NCBI GenBank assembly: GCA_944372795.1
Contig: CALWAF010000004.1
Location: 1,165 to 65,164 of the forward strand
Length of the DNA: 64,000 nucleotides
Source: an uncultured Clostridia bacterium
GTDB lineage: Bacteria > Bacillota > Clostridia > Christensenellales > CAG-917
Direction: 5' to 3'
The translations under genes were made by a program, and so were the position numbers. Of the stretch, positions 34,261-48,757 are shown piece by piece (within the stretch, counting starts at the first letter, position 1; the number at the start of each line of letters is the position of its first letter). The notes under the pieces were generated by a model. The model saw nothing but the letters and a program-made list of their open reading frames with translations, had not been told where the DNA came from and ran no database searches.

Positions 34261-35118
34261 TCAGATCTCGCCGTGCGAGCGGAGCATGAGGTCCTCTCTG
34301 TCCTCGCGCTTCACGCACACCGCAAGGAAGATGACGGACACGATGAAGGCGAGCCCGGTGAGGGCGAGCATCATGAGCACAGCGGAGTCCTTGACGGGGT
34401 CGAAGTGTCCCGCGATCTCTTGATGCGCGATCTCCGCCGCATACGCCGCCGCAGAGAGCAGGGAGAGCGCGGTCACGGTCTTTCTGGGGTATCTGCCCGC
34501 AAAGAGCGACACGAGCGTGACGATGAACGCCATCGCACAGAACGCCGCCGCCACGATGTTGACGAGGGTGAGGGAGTAATCGAAGGGATCGCCTTTCGCC
34601 CAATTGATGACCATGCCTATGGCATCCGCCTGCGCGAGGGAGAACTCGGGATGAATGTCGGGCTTGAAGTAGGCGACAAGATATGCCGCCGCGGCAAGCG
34701 CCGCAAAGATGAACATCACGGCGGAGAACAGGCGGTTGACCGTCTTCGTGCGAGTGCTCGTGCGAGCCGCCGCCTTCTGCTCGGCGCGGTCGAATTCCAC
34801 CGCTCCCGCATAGTCCTGCCTCTCGAGCGCCGCGGCTCCTCCTTCGGTGCGCAGCACGTCGCTGTCCTGTGTCATATAAGGCACGAGGGCGAGCGGCACG
34901 ACGATGGGCTGAAGCTGGATGGTGTTGTGCTTGGGCGCAACGATGGGCACGGGACCGCCGATGCCCACGGGCTTCATGATGGTGGTGGTCGCCCCGGCGT
35001 CGGGCTGGGGGTCTCCGTACGCCTCGCTCTCGTAGAGCACGGGCTCTTCCGCAGGCACTGTCGCCATGGGAGCCGCTGCGGGCGCTGTTGCCAAAACGCG
35101 ATTGTCTTTCTTTGCCAT
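34261..35118 (-). CDS. Uncharacterised membrane protein (285 aa): soluble N-terminal region with a PIVxPxAxVPYxTQD motif plus a ~4-5 TM C-terminal domain
   Basis: The ATG at 35118 has a GGAGG RBS. The product begins MAKKDNRVLATAP...LQPIVVPLALVPYMTQDSD... followed by hydrophobic segments. It is a distant paralog of the upstream gene (SLFAGRYPRKT vs GLFGAIRPRRYT). Confidence 0.7.
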   Translation of the reverse strand: MAKKDNRVLATAPAAAPMATVPAEEPVLYESEAYGDPQPDAGATTTIMKPVGIGGPVPIVAPKHNTIQLQPIVVPLALVPYMTQDSDVLRTEGGAAALERQDYAGAVEFDRAEQKAAARTSTRTKTVNRLFSAVMFIFAALAAAAYLVAYFKPDIHPEFSLAQADAIGMVINWAKGDPFDYSLTLVNIVAAAFCAMAFIVTLVSLFAGRYPRKTVTALSLLSAAAYAAEIAHQEIAGHFDPVKDSAVLMMLALTGLAFIVSVIFLAVCVKREDREDLMLRSHGEI

Positions 35119-35157
35119 ATGTCCTCCGTGCGCCGTCACGGCGCAGCGATTTTCCTG

Positions 35158-35946
35158 TCAGCGAACGCGGGTGTAACCCGTGCGCAGGGGGGTGATGAAC
35201 GAGCATATCACGGCGAGGATGAGGTTCGCCCCCGCAGTGACGAAGAGGGTGAAGAACTCGCTGGTCTTCCAGCCGTGGATGAAGTCGTTCATGAAGTCTA
35301 TCTGTGCGAGCCCGACCGTTTCCGCGCCCGCCAGCGCCGCGATGAAGAGCGCGATGACGGCGAGCAGATAGATGACCGAGCAAGCGGTGTATCTGCGGGG
35401 ACGGATGGCTCCGAAGAGCCCCGTGACCGCCTTGATCACATTGACGAGGATGAACACGAGCCCGAGGGTCAGGATCATGTCGGGCACCATCGCGATCCAG
35501 ATGTCACCCACCGCATCCCCCTTCCAACCGAGGTCGATGGTGGCGCGGAAGGCGTCTATCCAACCCGTGATGACGTCGAAGCGCTCGGGCACGAATTTGA
35601 AGGGGATGGCCTCCGCAGAGACACCCGCCGCCGCGAGCACATAGGGAAGCAGCACGATCGCGGATGCGATGAGCATGATGACGGAGGAAATGAGGTTGCG
35701 CGTGCGCACCGTCCTCTTCCAGCGTCTGCCTGCGTCCCTCTCTGCGGGCTGATAGTCGGACGCGGTGGACACCGCGCCGTACTCCCCCGCCGCCGTCATC
35801 CCGTCGTACTCCAGACGAGGCGTGATGACAAGCTCCTGACGCACGGAGGGCATCTTCTTCTCCGCGGCGCCGTCCATGGGAGCGGGCGCAAGCCTTATGC
35901 CGGCGTCATCGACCTTCCGGCTGTTTGCTGCGTAATTCTCGTTCAT
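35158..35946 (-). CDS. Uncharacterised membrane protein (262 aa), paralogous architecture
   Basis: The ATG at 35946 lies 1 nt after the upstream stop. The product begins MNENYAANSRKVDD..., with a ~95-aa soluble N-terminus followed by 4-5 TM segments. Confidence 0.7.
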   Translation of the reverse strand: MNENYAANSRKVDDAGIRLAPAPMDGAAEKKMPSVRQELVITPRLEYDGMTAAGEYGAVSTASDYQPAERDAGRRWKRTVRTRNLISSVIMLIASAIVLLPYVLAAAGVSAEAIPFKFVPERFDVITGWIDAFRATIDLGWKGDAVGDIWIAMVPDMILTLGLVFILVNVIKAVTGLFGAIRPRRYTACSVIYLLAVIALFIAALAGAETVGLAQIDFMNDFIHGWKTSEFFTLFVTAGANLILAVICSFITPLRTGYTRVR

Positions 35947-35947
35947 A

Positions 35948-37030
35948 TCACTTTCCGTTCGCACCGGAGGTGTAGTCCTCCTCGGGCGCATACTGCATCA
36001 AAGGCTGATCCTGCGTGACGTAGGGCACGAATGCGACGGGCTGCACGATGGGCGGCATCTGATAGGGCTCACCCGTCTCGCGGTTATAAAAGACGGGGCC
36101 GCCGTATGGATAGCCGTAAGGCGCATAGTGTGCCGCTCCCGCGAAATTGGGGACGTCCTTGTCGCTCTCCGTCTTCTCGATGGGCTTGTTCTGCGCCTCT
36201 TCGAACGCCTTGCCCGCAAACTCGTCGAAGGTGGGTGTCCTCGGCGTGACCAGCTCCTCTTCGGGGGCTTTGAGCACCTTGGTCTTCTTGCGGACGGGCG
36301 CGGACTGCTTGATGAGGCCCTTGTCGAGAAGCTCGACGGAACGGGCACGCGACCTGCCGCAACGGGTGCACTTCACGACATCGGCGGCGTTGACCGCGCC
36401 GCAGACGGGACACACGAAGGGGTTCTCCAGCTCGTCCATATTCTCCGCAGCGGAGTACGGATCGGCATAGAAGGCGGAATAGTTCCTCACCGCAGAGGAA
36501 AGTTTTTTGAGCTGCACGACGTCGTCGGAGCCGACTTCGTTGATCTTCTCGCGATAGGCGTCCAGCATGACCGCCTGTTTTTTCAGCTCGTCGTTGGTCT
36601 TGCGGCGATAGTCCTCGATGTCCTGCATGACTTTCGCCTTGTCCTTCTCCACCCCGCGCTTCATCCTCGCGATCTCTTTCTCGGCGCCGTCCATGCGCTC
36701 CTTGACCATGAGATCGACATTCATCTTATTCTTGCGCATCTCGAGGACGTCCTCTTCGGTGAAGGGGTTGTCGGGATCCTCGACGGGGGCTCCGCAACGG
36801 GAACAGAACTTGGAGCCGGGCAGATTTTCCTCCCCGCAGATGGGGCAGACGGGACGGCGCAGCACCCCGAGCAGCTCTCCGCAATGCGCGCAGAATCTGC
36901 TGCCGGCGTTGTTGCGCGTGCCGCAGGCAGGACATTTCACTTCGTAATTCTTCGCGACCTCGGCTCCGCAGGTGGCGCAATACGCCTGCCCGCGCTCGAC
37001 CTCGCTGCCGCATACCTTACAAGTGAACAT
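35948..37030 (-). CDS. Multi-zinc-ribbon / coiled-coil protein (360 aa), uncharacterised
   Basis: It has four CxxC...CxxC ribbons (CKVC/CATC, CPAC/CAHC, CPIC/CSRC, CPVC/CTRC), a central K/E-rich predicted coiled coil, and the C-terminal motif PPIVQPVAFVPYVTQDQ. Confidence 0.8.
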   Translation of the reverse strand: MFTCKVCGSEVERGQAYCATCGAEVAKNYEVKCPACGTRNNAGSRFCAHCGELLGVLRRPVCPICGEENLPGSKFCSRCGAPVEDPDNPFTEEDVLEMRKNKMNVDLMVKERMDGAEKEIARMKRGVEKDKAKVMQDIEDYRRKTNDELKKQAVMLDAYREKINEVGSDDVVQLKKLSSAVRNYSAFYADPYSAAENMDELENPFVCPVCGAVNAADVVKCTRCGRSRARSVELLDKGLIKQSAPVRKKTKVLKAPEEELVTPRTPTFDEFAGKAFEEAQNKPIEKTESDKDVPNFAGAAHYAPYGYPYGGPVFYNRETGEPYQMPPIVQPVAFVPYVTQDQPLMQYAPEEDYTSGANGK

Positions 37031-37060
37031 ATATCACCTCACGAATACTTATTATGGCAT

Positions 37061-37089
37061 ATTATAACGCCACTTCAAACAATTGACAA
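37061..37089 (-). promoter_or_regulatory. Promoter of the zinc-ribbon operon
   Basis: The minus strand reads TTGTCA (37089-37084), a 17-nt spacer, then TATAAT (37066-37061). A GTGAGGTG RBS precedes the ATG at 37030. Confidence 0.55.
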
Positions 37090-37106
37090 GTGTCAAAGTG
37101 AATTTT

Positions 37107-38732
<1,626 letters not shown>

Positions 38733-38904
38733 AGCCTGTCCTGCGGGACGGACCCGCGTTAATAAGAGTTATTGTTCCGTTACATATTAGAATACACTGT
38801 GTTTAAGGCTTTGACAAGTGCGCGCGACAAATATGCGCGCGCGAATTGAAAAAATTTATTTTACGGCACGATCCGCAGCGCCCCGCCGGCGGAAAGCCCG
38901 CCTC

Positions 38905-39276
38905 TCACTTTTTCCCGCAGTCCCCCGAAAGGTCTACGGCGGAGGAATCCAGATACATGGCTCCGTCCTCGAAACGGAAGCCGAAACGCTCCAGCTCCGG
39001 ATGGCGGCCGAGGACCCTCAAAGGCACGGGATTGAGGGAAAACTTGAAGAGCATCGCCCGCAGGAAAAATTCCTTATCCCCGGGGTTTATATCTTCGTTT
39101 TTGACGATAAAGTGTGTGATCGTGACATATTCCCCCACTTCGGTGCGCATGAGCCCGACGGGATCGCCGTCCTCGCGCATCACGAAATTCGCCCCTCCGA
39201 CGGGGAGGGATACGCCGAGGTCGCGGTAAAGCGCCGAAAGCACTTCTTTGTCCGTTTCGAACCCTACCGTCAGCAT
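38905..39276 (-). CDS. Hypothetical protein (123 aa)
   Basis: The ATG at 39276 overlaps the truA stop (ATGCTGA). The product begins MLTVGFETDKEVLSALYRDLG... No family was recognised. Confidence 0.55.
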   Translation of the reverse strand: MLTVGFETDKEVLSALYRDLGVSLPVGGANFVMREDGDPVGLMRTEVGEYVTITHFIVKNEDINPGDKEFFLRAMLFKFSLNPVPLRVLGRHPELERFGFRFEDGAMYLDSSAVDLSGDCGKK

Positions 39277-40043
39277 TCTTTCTCTCCGTATTCCACGCTC
39301 ACGAGGGTGAGCCCCTCGGGCGGGAGGGTCTTGCCCGCGAGGGTCCTGTCCCCCGTTTCGAGCACGCGGCGGACGTCCGCCGCCGTGAGTTTGCCCTGTC
39401 CCGCGTAAACGAGAGTGCCTGCGATGATGCGCACCATGTTGTATAAAAACCCATTGCCCGTGACGAAGATGTCCAGCGTGCCGCGGGCGAGTTTTCCGTC
39501 CTTCACCTCGCCATCGGGTGCGAGCGTCACCGAATAGACGGTGCGCACGGTGCTCTTCACCTTGGAGCCGCTCGCCTCGAATCCCTTGAAATCGTGCTCG
39601 CCCTCTATGACGTCCGCGCATTCGCGCATGGCGGAAAGGTCGAGGGGGACGACGATGTGGGCGCGGGTGTCTTCCATCATGGGACGGCGGTGGCGGGAGA
39701 CGTAGACGGAATAGCGGTAGGTCTTGCGTTTTGCCGAAAACCGAGCGTTGAAATCCTCCCCCGCGGGCTCGCAGGAGAGCATTGAAACGTCCCTGGGCAG
39801 CAGCGTGTTGACGGCGAACGGGATCTTCTCCGGCGGGATGGCGGTGTCCGCGTCGAAGTGCACCACCTGCCCTTCGGCGTGCACGCCCGCGTCCGTCCTG
39901 CCGCTCGCGGTCGCCTGCGTCGGGACGCCGAAGACCTCCGAAAGCGCCTTTTCCAGCACCTCCTGCACGCTTATCCCGTTGAGCTGACGCTGCCAGCCCA
40001 CGTAATTCTTGCCGAAATAGGAAATCACCGCGCGGAACCTCAC
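39270..40043 (-). CDS. truA: tRNA pseudouridine(38-40) synthase
   Basis: MRFRAVISYFGKNYVGWQRQ, with the catalytic Asp context GRTDAGVHA. It follows ecfT, as in the conserved Firmicutes cluster. Confidence 0.95.
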   Translation of the reverse strand: MRFRAVISYFGKNYVGWQRQLNGISVQEVLEKALSEVFGVPTQATASGRTDAGVHAEGQVVHFDADTAIPPEKIPFAVNTLLPRDVSMLSCEPAGEDFNARFSAKRKTYRYSVYVSRHRRPMMEDTRAHIVVPLDLSAMRECADVIEGEHDFKGFEASGSKVKSTVRTVYSVTLAPDGEVKDGKLARGTLDIFVTGNGFLYNMVRIIAGTLVYAGQGKLTAADVRRVLETGDRTLAGKTLPPEGLTLVSVEYGEKEC

Positions 40044-40882
40044 ACCAGACCTCCGAAGATGAGCGTGTCCATGGCTCCGCCGAAATAGTATCTGTCCAGC
40101 AGCACCGCGACGAAGTAAGCCGCGATGAGCAGGAATCCGACGAAGTCGGCGATGCCGAGCTTCATCACTTTGAGTTTGGTGCGGTGCTCGGTGGCGTTAT
40201 AGCACCTCGCGTCCATCGCGAACGCCAGCTCGTCCGCCCGCCTGAAGGAATTGACGAAGAGGGGGATGAGCACGGGGAGAAGCGCCTTCGCCCTTGCGAT
40301 GAGACCGCCCGTGTCGAAGCTCGCACCCCTCGCCTTCTGCGCGGCGATGATCTTCTGCGTCTCCTCGAAAAGGGTGGGGATGAAGCGGAGCGCGATGCTC
40401 ATGATCATGGCGATGTCGTGCACGGGCACCTTGATGAGAGCAAGGGGTTTGATGAGGCTCTCGGTGCCGTCCGCCACCTCCACGGGGGTGGTGGTGAGGG
40501 TAAGCAGCGAAGCGCCGCTGATGAGCAAAACAAGCCTTAATGCCATCTTTATGGTGGTATGAACGCCCTGATCGGTGATTTGCAGCGCTTTCCAGCTCCA
40601 CAATATCTCGCCGTCTTTGATCATGAAAAGATTGATGACGGCGGCAAAGAGCACGATGAACAGGATGGCACGCACCGACTTCAGAACGGAGAGCATGGGG
40701 AGCCTTGCCACGAGTATGATGAAGAGCAGCACCGCCGCCGTGAGCATGAAGCCGAAGTAGGTGTTGACAAAGAAGATCGCCACCACGAACATTATCGTGA
40801 GCAGCAGTTTCATGCGCGGATCCATGCGGTGCACGACGGAGCCGGTGGGATAGTACTGTCCGAAGGCTATGTCCTTAAACAT
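40040..40882 (-). CDS. ecfT: ECF transporter transmembrane (T) component
   Basis: A 280-aa polytopic protein with ..AQKARGASFD.. and RRADELAFAMDARCY motifs. It lies downstream of two EcfA ATPase genes. Confidence 0.92.
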   Translation of the reverse strand: MFKDIAFGQYYPTGSVVHRMDPRMKLLLTIMFVVAIFFVNTYFGFMLTAAVLLFIILVARLPMLSVLKSVRAILFIVLFAAVINLFMIKDGEILWSWKALQITDQGVHTTIKMALRLVLLISGASLLTLTTTPVEVADGTESLIKPLALIKVPVHDIAMIMSIALRFIPTLFEETQKIIAAQKARGASFDTGGLIARAKALLPVLIPLFVNSFRRADELAFAMDARCYNATEHRTKLKVMKLGIADFVGFLLIAAYFVAVLLDRYYFGGAMDTLIFGGLV

Positions 40883-41789
40883 TTCCGTCCTCCCCGTCTG
40901 TGTCCGCGGCGTCGGCCGCCTGCGGGTGCGCGCCCTTATGTTCCGCGCGGTAAGCGCAGAGCGCGTCCGCGAGTTCCTCGGGCGTGACCACCGTCTTTGG
41001 GAGCACGATGCCGCGCTCCGCGAGTTTGTCTACTATGCGTGCGGCGGTGGGGAGGGAAAGCCCCGCCTCCGCGAGTTTTTCGCGCGCGCCGAACACCTCG
41101 GCGGGAGAGCCGTCCGCGACCACTCTGCCCTCTTTTAAGGCGACTATCCTGTCCGCCATCGCGGCGATGTCGTCCATATAGTGCGACACCATGACGACGG
41201 TGGGGCTGACCTCTTCGTGCAGCCTTCGCACGAGCGCAAGTATCTCTCGCCTGCCCACGGGGTCCAACCCCGCGACGGGCTCGTCCAGCACGAGGATCTC
41301 GGGCTCCATGGCGATGACTCCCGCGATCGCGGCGCGGCGTTTCTCGCCTCCCGAGAGCTCGAAGGGACTGCGCTCCGCGAACTCCGCATACGGAAGACCC
41401 ACGACGTCCATGGCGCGGCGCACCCTTCTGTCTATCTCGTCCTTTTCGAGTTTCATGTTCTTGGGACCGAAGGCGACATCCTTCGCCACCGTGTCCTCAA
41501 AGAGCTGATATTCGGGATATTGGAAGACCATGCCCACCGTAAAGCGCAGCTTTTTGAGGGACTTTTTGTCGGAGGCGTCCATCCCCGCGACCGTCACCCG
41601 ACCCTGCTGCACTCTGACCAACCCGTTGAGGTGCTGTATGAGCGTGGATTTCCCGCTGCCGGTGGCGCCGATGAGCCCGACGAATTCCCCCTTCTCTATC
41701 GCGAGATCCACGCCGTCGAGAGCGCGTTTCTCAAAGGGAGTCTTGGCGGAATAGGTGTAGGTGAGCCCTTTCAGTTCGATAGCGCGCAT
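40875..41789 (-). CDS. ecfA2: ECF transporter ATPase EcfA2 (304 aa, short acidic C-terminal extension)
   Basis: The ATG is at 41789. It has Walker A GATGSGKST, signature LSGGEKRRAAIA and Walker B ILVLDEPVAGLD. Confidence 0.92.
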   Translation of the reverse strand: MRAIELKGLTYTYSAKTPFEKRALDGVDLAIEKGEFVGLIGATGSGKSTLIQHLNGLVRVQQGRVTVAGMDASDKKSLKKLRFTVGMVFQYPEYQLFEDTVAKDVAFGPKNMKLEKDEIDRRVRRAMDVVGLPYAEFAERSPFELSGGEKRRAAIAGVIAMEPEILVLDEPVAGLDPVGRREILALVRRLHEEVSPTVVMVSHYMDDIAAMADRIVALKEGRVVADGSPAEVFGAREKLAEAGLSLPTAARIVDKLAERGIVLPKTVVTPEELADALCAYRAEHKGAHPQAADAADTDGEDGNV

Positions 41790-42604
41790 ATGCCCTCCAC
41801 CAATTCGTCCTCGTCGGTGACGGTGCCCTCGAAGGTGAAGCCGCGCTCCGTAAGCATCCTCGCCAGCTCCGTAGCGGGCGGGAGAGCCAGTCCGCACGCC
41901 TCCACTTCCGGGGATGCGAACACCTCTTTGGGGGTGCCGTCCAGCACCTTTCTGCCCTTGCGCAGCACGATTATCCTGTCCGCCATCGCCGCCTCGTCCA
42001 TATTGTGCGTGATGGTGATGACGGTGATGCCGCTCTCGTTGAGCTTTTTCGCCACAGCCATGATCTCCGCCCTGCCCTCGGGATCGAGCATGGAGGTGGA
42101 TTCGTCGAAGATGATGATGTCGGGCTTCATCGCCAGCACTCCCGCGATCGCGACGCGCTGTTTCTGTCCGCCCGAGAGTTTGCTTGCGCTGCGGGTGCGG
42201 AACTCCGTCATCCCCACGGCGTCGAGAGCCCAATCCACTCTCTCGGCTATCTCTTCGCGGGGGATGCCCACGTTCTCGGGACCGAATGCCACGTCATCCT
42301 CGATGATGGTCGCCACCATCTGGTTGTCGGGGTTCTGGAACACCATGCCCGCCTTGCGTCTGACGTCGAACGTCCTCTCCTCGTCGCGGGTGTTGATGCC
42401 GTCGATGACGACGTCGCCCGCCGATGGCACGAAGAGCCCGTTGAGCAGCTTGGCAAGCGTGCTTTTCCCGCTGCCGTTCATCCCCGTGAGCGCGACGAAT
42501 TCCCCCTTTTCCACCGAAAAGGAGACCCCGCGGAGGGCGCGCACCGTCTGCCCTTCGCCCACTCTGTATGAGTAGCTGACGTTTGTGAGTTCTATCTGCG
42601 GCAT
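41771..42604 (-). CDS. ecfA1: ECF transporter ATPase EcfA1
   Basis: It has Walker A GMNGSGKST, signature LSGGQKQRVAIA and Walker B IIIFDESTSMLD. Confidence 0.93.
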   Translation of the reverse strand: MPQIELTNVSYSYRVGEGQTVRALRGVSFSVEKGEFVALTGMNGSGKSTLAKLLNGLFVPSAGDVVIDGINTRDEERTFDVRRKAGMVFQNPDNQMVATIIEDDVAFGPENVGIPREEIAERVDWALDAVGMTEFRTRSASKLSGGQKQRVAIAGVLAMKPDIIIFDESTSMLDPEGRAEIMAVAKKLNESGITVITITHNMDEAAMADRIIVLRKGRKVLDGTPKEVFASPEVEACGLALPPATELARMLTERGFTFEGTVTDEDELVEGICALSN

Positions 42605-42757
42605 AATAAGGGATTATAACACACCGCCCTCAAAATGAAAAGCGCTTGAATGATGCGTTGAAGGAATAATACATCCCGTTTCCCCGCAGGAACGCGCGGA
42701 CCCGTGCGACGCCCTGCCCGCAGCCCCTGCTAAAAGCGCGGAAGCCGCGCCGCGGAC

Positions 42758-42802
42758 ACAAAAACATCCCTTCCTCCGCCGAAATGCGCGGAGGAAAGGA
42801 TG
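42758..42802 (-). terminator. Intrinsic terminator after gene 42838-43548
   Basis: The minus strand reads CATCCTTTCCTCCGCG-cattt-CGGCGGAGGAAGGGATG followed by TTTTTG. Confidence 0.7.
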
Positions 42803-42837
42803 CCTTTACTTTTTATCCCTCCCGCGAGGGAGAGCGG

Positions 42838-43548
42838 TCATGCCTCGGGAAGCACTTCCTCGCCGCCCGGCGTCTCGGTGCCTCCCCCGTCATCCGGGAC
42901 GTTCTCTGCCGCCTGCGACTGCCACCATGCATAGAACACGGTATCCTTCCATATCCTGACGCCCTCTACGGTCGCCTCTTCGGCGTCCTCGGAGCCGTAC
43001 GGCGCGGTGAACCAGCCGAGGAAAACGTCATCCTCCGGGGCGATCAGCTCCGGGAGCTCCACAAAGCCGCCCATCGCGACGGATGGCGGATTGTCGTTCT
43101 CAAACGTCTCGGGCTCCACTCCGCCGAGGTCAAACTTCACGTCCACCTTCTTCACGTTGTCGCGCAGTTTGATGAGCGACACTCTCTCGAACACTCTGCC
43201 GCCTACGGAGATCTTGTCATAGCCGTCCACCCTCTCGACCAGCGCCCTGTGATCGTAGGTCTGTCTTGCTCCCAAGATCCCGTCGGAAGTGTCTCCCGTG
43301 ACGGAAGAGGGCAACTCTATCGACAACTCGAGCACCCTGCCGCTCTGCTTGTAGGTGCCTTCGAGCACCGTTTCGTCGTAGACCACGTCCACGTCGCTCA
43401 CGCCGAAACTCAACACGAGGCTCGGGTCGTCCACGCACACATACACGCCGCGCAGCCCGCAGAAGCACACCAGCAGCACCACGAGCGCGACCAGCGCCAG
43501 TGCGCACGGCAGAATTATTTTCAGTCCCCATTTTTTAAGAAATGCCAT
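42838..43548 (-). CDS. Membrane-anchored hypothetical protein with a C-terminal Flg_new-like repeat (236 aa)
   Basis: The start is ATG with a GGAGGAA RBS. It has an N-terminal TM segment KIILPCALALVALVVLLVCF and ..DDVFLGWFTAPYGSEDAEE..FYAWW. Confidence 0.65.
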   Translation of the reverse strand: MAFLKKWGLKIILPCALALVALVVLLVCFCGLRGVYVCVDDPSLVLSFGVSDVDVVYDETVLEGTYKQSGRVLELSIELPSSVTGDTSDGILGARQTYDHRALVERVDGYDKISVGGRVFERVSLIKLRDNVKKVDVKFDLGGVEPETFENDNPPSVAMGGFVELPELIAPEDDVFLGWFTAPYGSEDAEEATVEGVRIWKDTVFYAWWQSQAAENVPDDGGGTETPGGEEVLPEA

Positions 43549-43686
43549 ATATTCCTCCTTGACGGCTCCCCGCCGCCGAGACCATTATACCACACGATGC
43601 CTACGCCCGCAATACGTGTCCCGCGTGAAATGCGCATACACGCGTGGGCGTAAAGATATGTTACTATCATCTTAAAGACATTTTAG

Positions 43687-47328
<3,642 letters not shown>

Positions 47329-47341
47329 TGCTGAGTTACGC

Positions 47342-47376
47342 AAACGCCGCCCTTTTGGGCGGCGTTTTCTTTTTTC
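47342..47376 (+). terminator. Intrinsic terminator after nifJ
   Basis: AAACGCCGCCC-tttt-GGGCGGCGTTT followed by TCTTTTTT. Confidence 0.85.
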
Positions 47377-47440
47377 GCGCATCATTTTTTGCCGTTCCGC
47401 AGTAAGAAAATTGTACGCTACGGGAAAACTTGCTCTTCAT

Positions 47441-47801
47441 CGTACTCGAAAGTGAGAACGGGGCGTACGTCCCCTGACATGGGAGTGTTGATTACCCCCT
47501 TCCTGCGGGTTTCCCCCGAAATCGTTCCCCCTTAAAAGGGGACCCACCATTTCGGGGGACACCTTCGGCACTCGGGCACGAGGGCGTCCGAGGACGGCGC
47601 CTCCATGGCGCCGCCATGTTATGCCGCTTGCAATGCGCCCGCTTCGCGAAGAGAGTGGCGCATTGCCGGCGCACGTTTCGTCAGCCCTCGGCACTCATAC
47701 GGTCGCCGCCGACTTTCAAGAGGCGGCAAGCCGCCTGTGAAAGTTTGGCTGGGCGGCTCCACTCCGAAAGAGATAACATCGTGTCAAGCGACGTCACGCT
47801 C
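47441..47801 (-). repeat. Family Y interspersed repeat, copy Y_C
   Basis: It is the reverse complement of 12829-13275 (Y_A). It begins with the TIR-like end CGTACTCGAAAGTGAGAACGGGGCGTACGTCCCCTGACATGGGAG. Confidence 0.85.
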
Positions 47802-48203
47802 AAAGTTTTCGTTAAACCGTCTTCGAAAGGGTGTTCGGCGTGTTCCAGCACGCTTCGAACGAGGGCGCGTCATAAATGTTCCCCGCCCTATGACGGCACC
47901 GCGGGGAAAAATCGTGGGTTGCTTCCCGCACTTTGTTTTGTCAAGGAGTTGCGCCGAAAAAATTTGCCGGTGGGGGTATTATACCCCCACTCCCCCACGT
48001 TGTAGCGGGACGTTAATAACATTTTGCCGAGCGTGATGTAAAGCTAATGCCGGCCGCCTGCTTAAGGCCGCAAAATTTTTCGCGCCCTTGACAACGACGT
48101 TTCGTTAAAATAACAACACGCGCGGAGCAGTCCCCTGCTCCGCGCCTTAATTGTTGCGCTCTTTGTAGCTCGGGGACGTTTGACACCCGCTCGGAGGTTG
48201 CGG

Positions 48204-48547
48204 CGTGTTCGGGGGGTGAGAATTAAGTGTACGTCTCGCGGGGAGTATTGTTCCCCCTCCTTCCCTTCGGGCTTTCCTCCCCCACTCGTGAAGAGTGCAG
48301 TCCTCCTAAAATGCGGGATATACTTTTCGTCCTTTTTGATAGAGTTTGAATCTCGCATAGAGATAATCGAGCGGCGAACAGTATAAACTGAACATCGCTC
48401 GCGGGGAGAGGAAGGCGACTCGACGCGCACTACGCCCGTGTCTACTTAATTATCCGTCTAGCTTGCGAGGTCGCATTTCGCGCCGCAGCGTTCAAGCGGC
48501 GGCTACGCCGCCTGTGAACGCTTGGGTGAGCGGCGCGTAAGACCGTC
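48204..48547 (-). repeat. Family X interspersed repeat, copy X_C
   Basis: It is collinear with X_A and the reverse complement of X_B1 and X_B2. The bulged hairpin module is replaced by a covarying variant. Confidence 0.85.
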
Positions 48548-48633
48548 TCCAAAACAGGATTCGTCGTGTTCGATCATACTCCGAACAAGAAAACGTCGTG
48601 TCGGGGGACGTCACGCACTAACGTCCCGTCGTC

Positions 48634-48757
48634 CTGACGCTCTCATTTGGATGCAGAACGCGAAAGCACCCCTTTTCAGGCGAGGCGCGTACTAAACCGT
48701 ACGTAACGAGCCTGAAAAGGGGTGCTGACAAAGTTATGCGCCAAATGAGAGCGTCAG
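48634..48757. repeat. Family T nested palindromic element, copy T4
   Basis: It is almost identical to T2. Bases 48754-48756 are the TGA stop of the EIIC-like gene. Confidence 0.9.
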
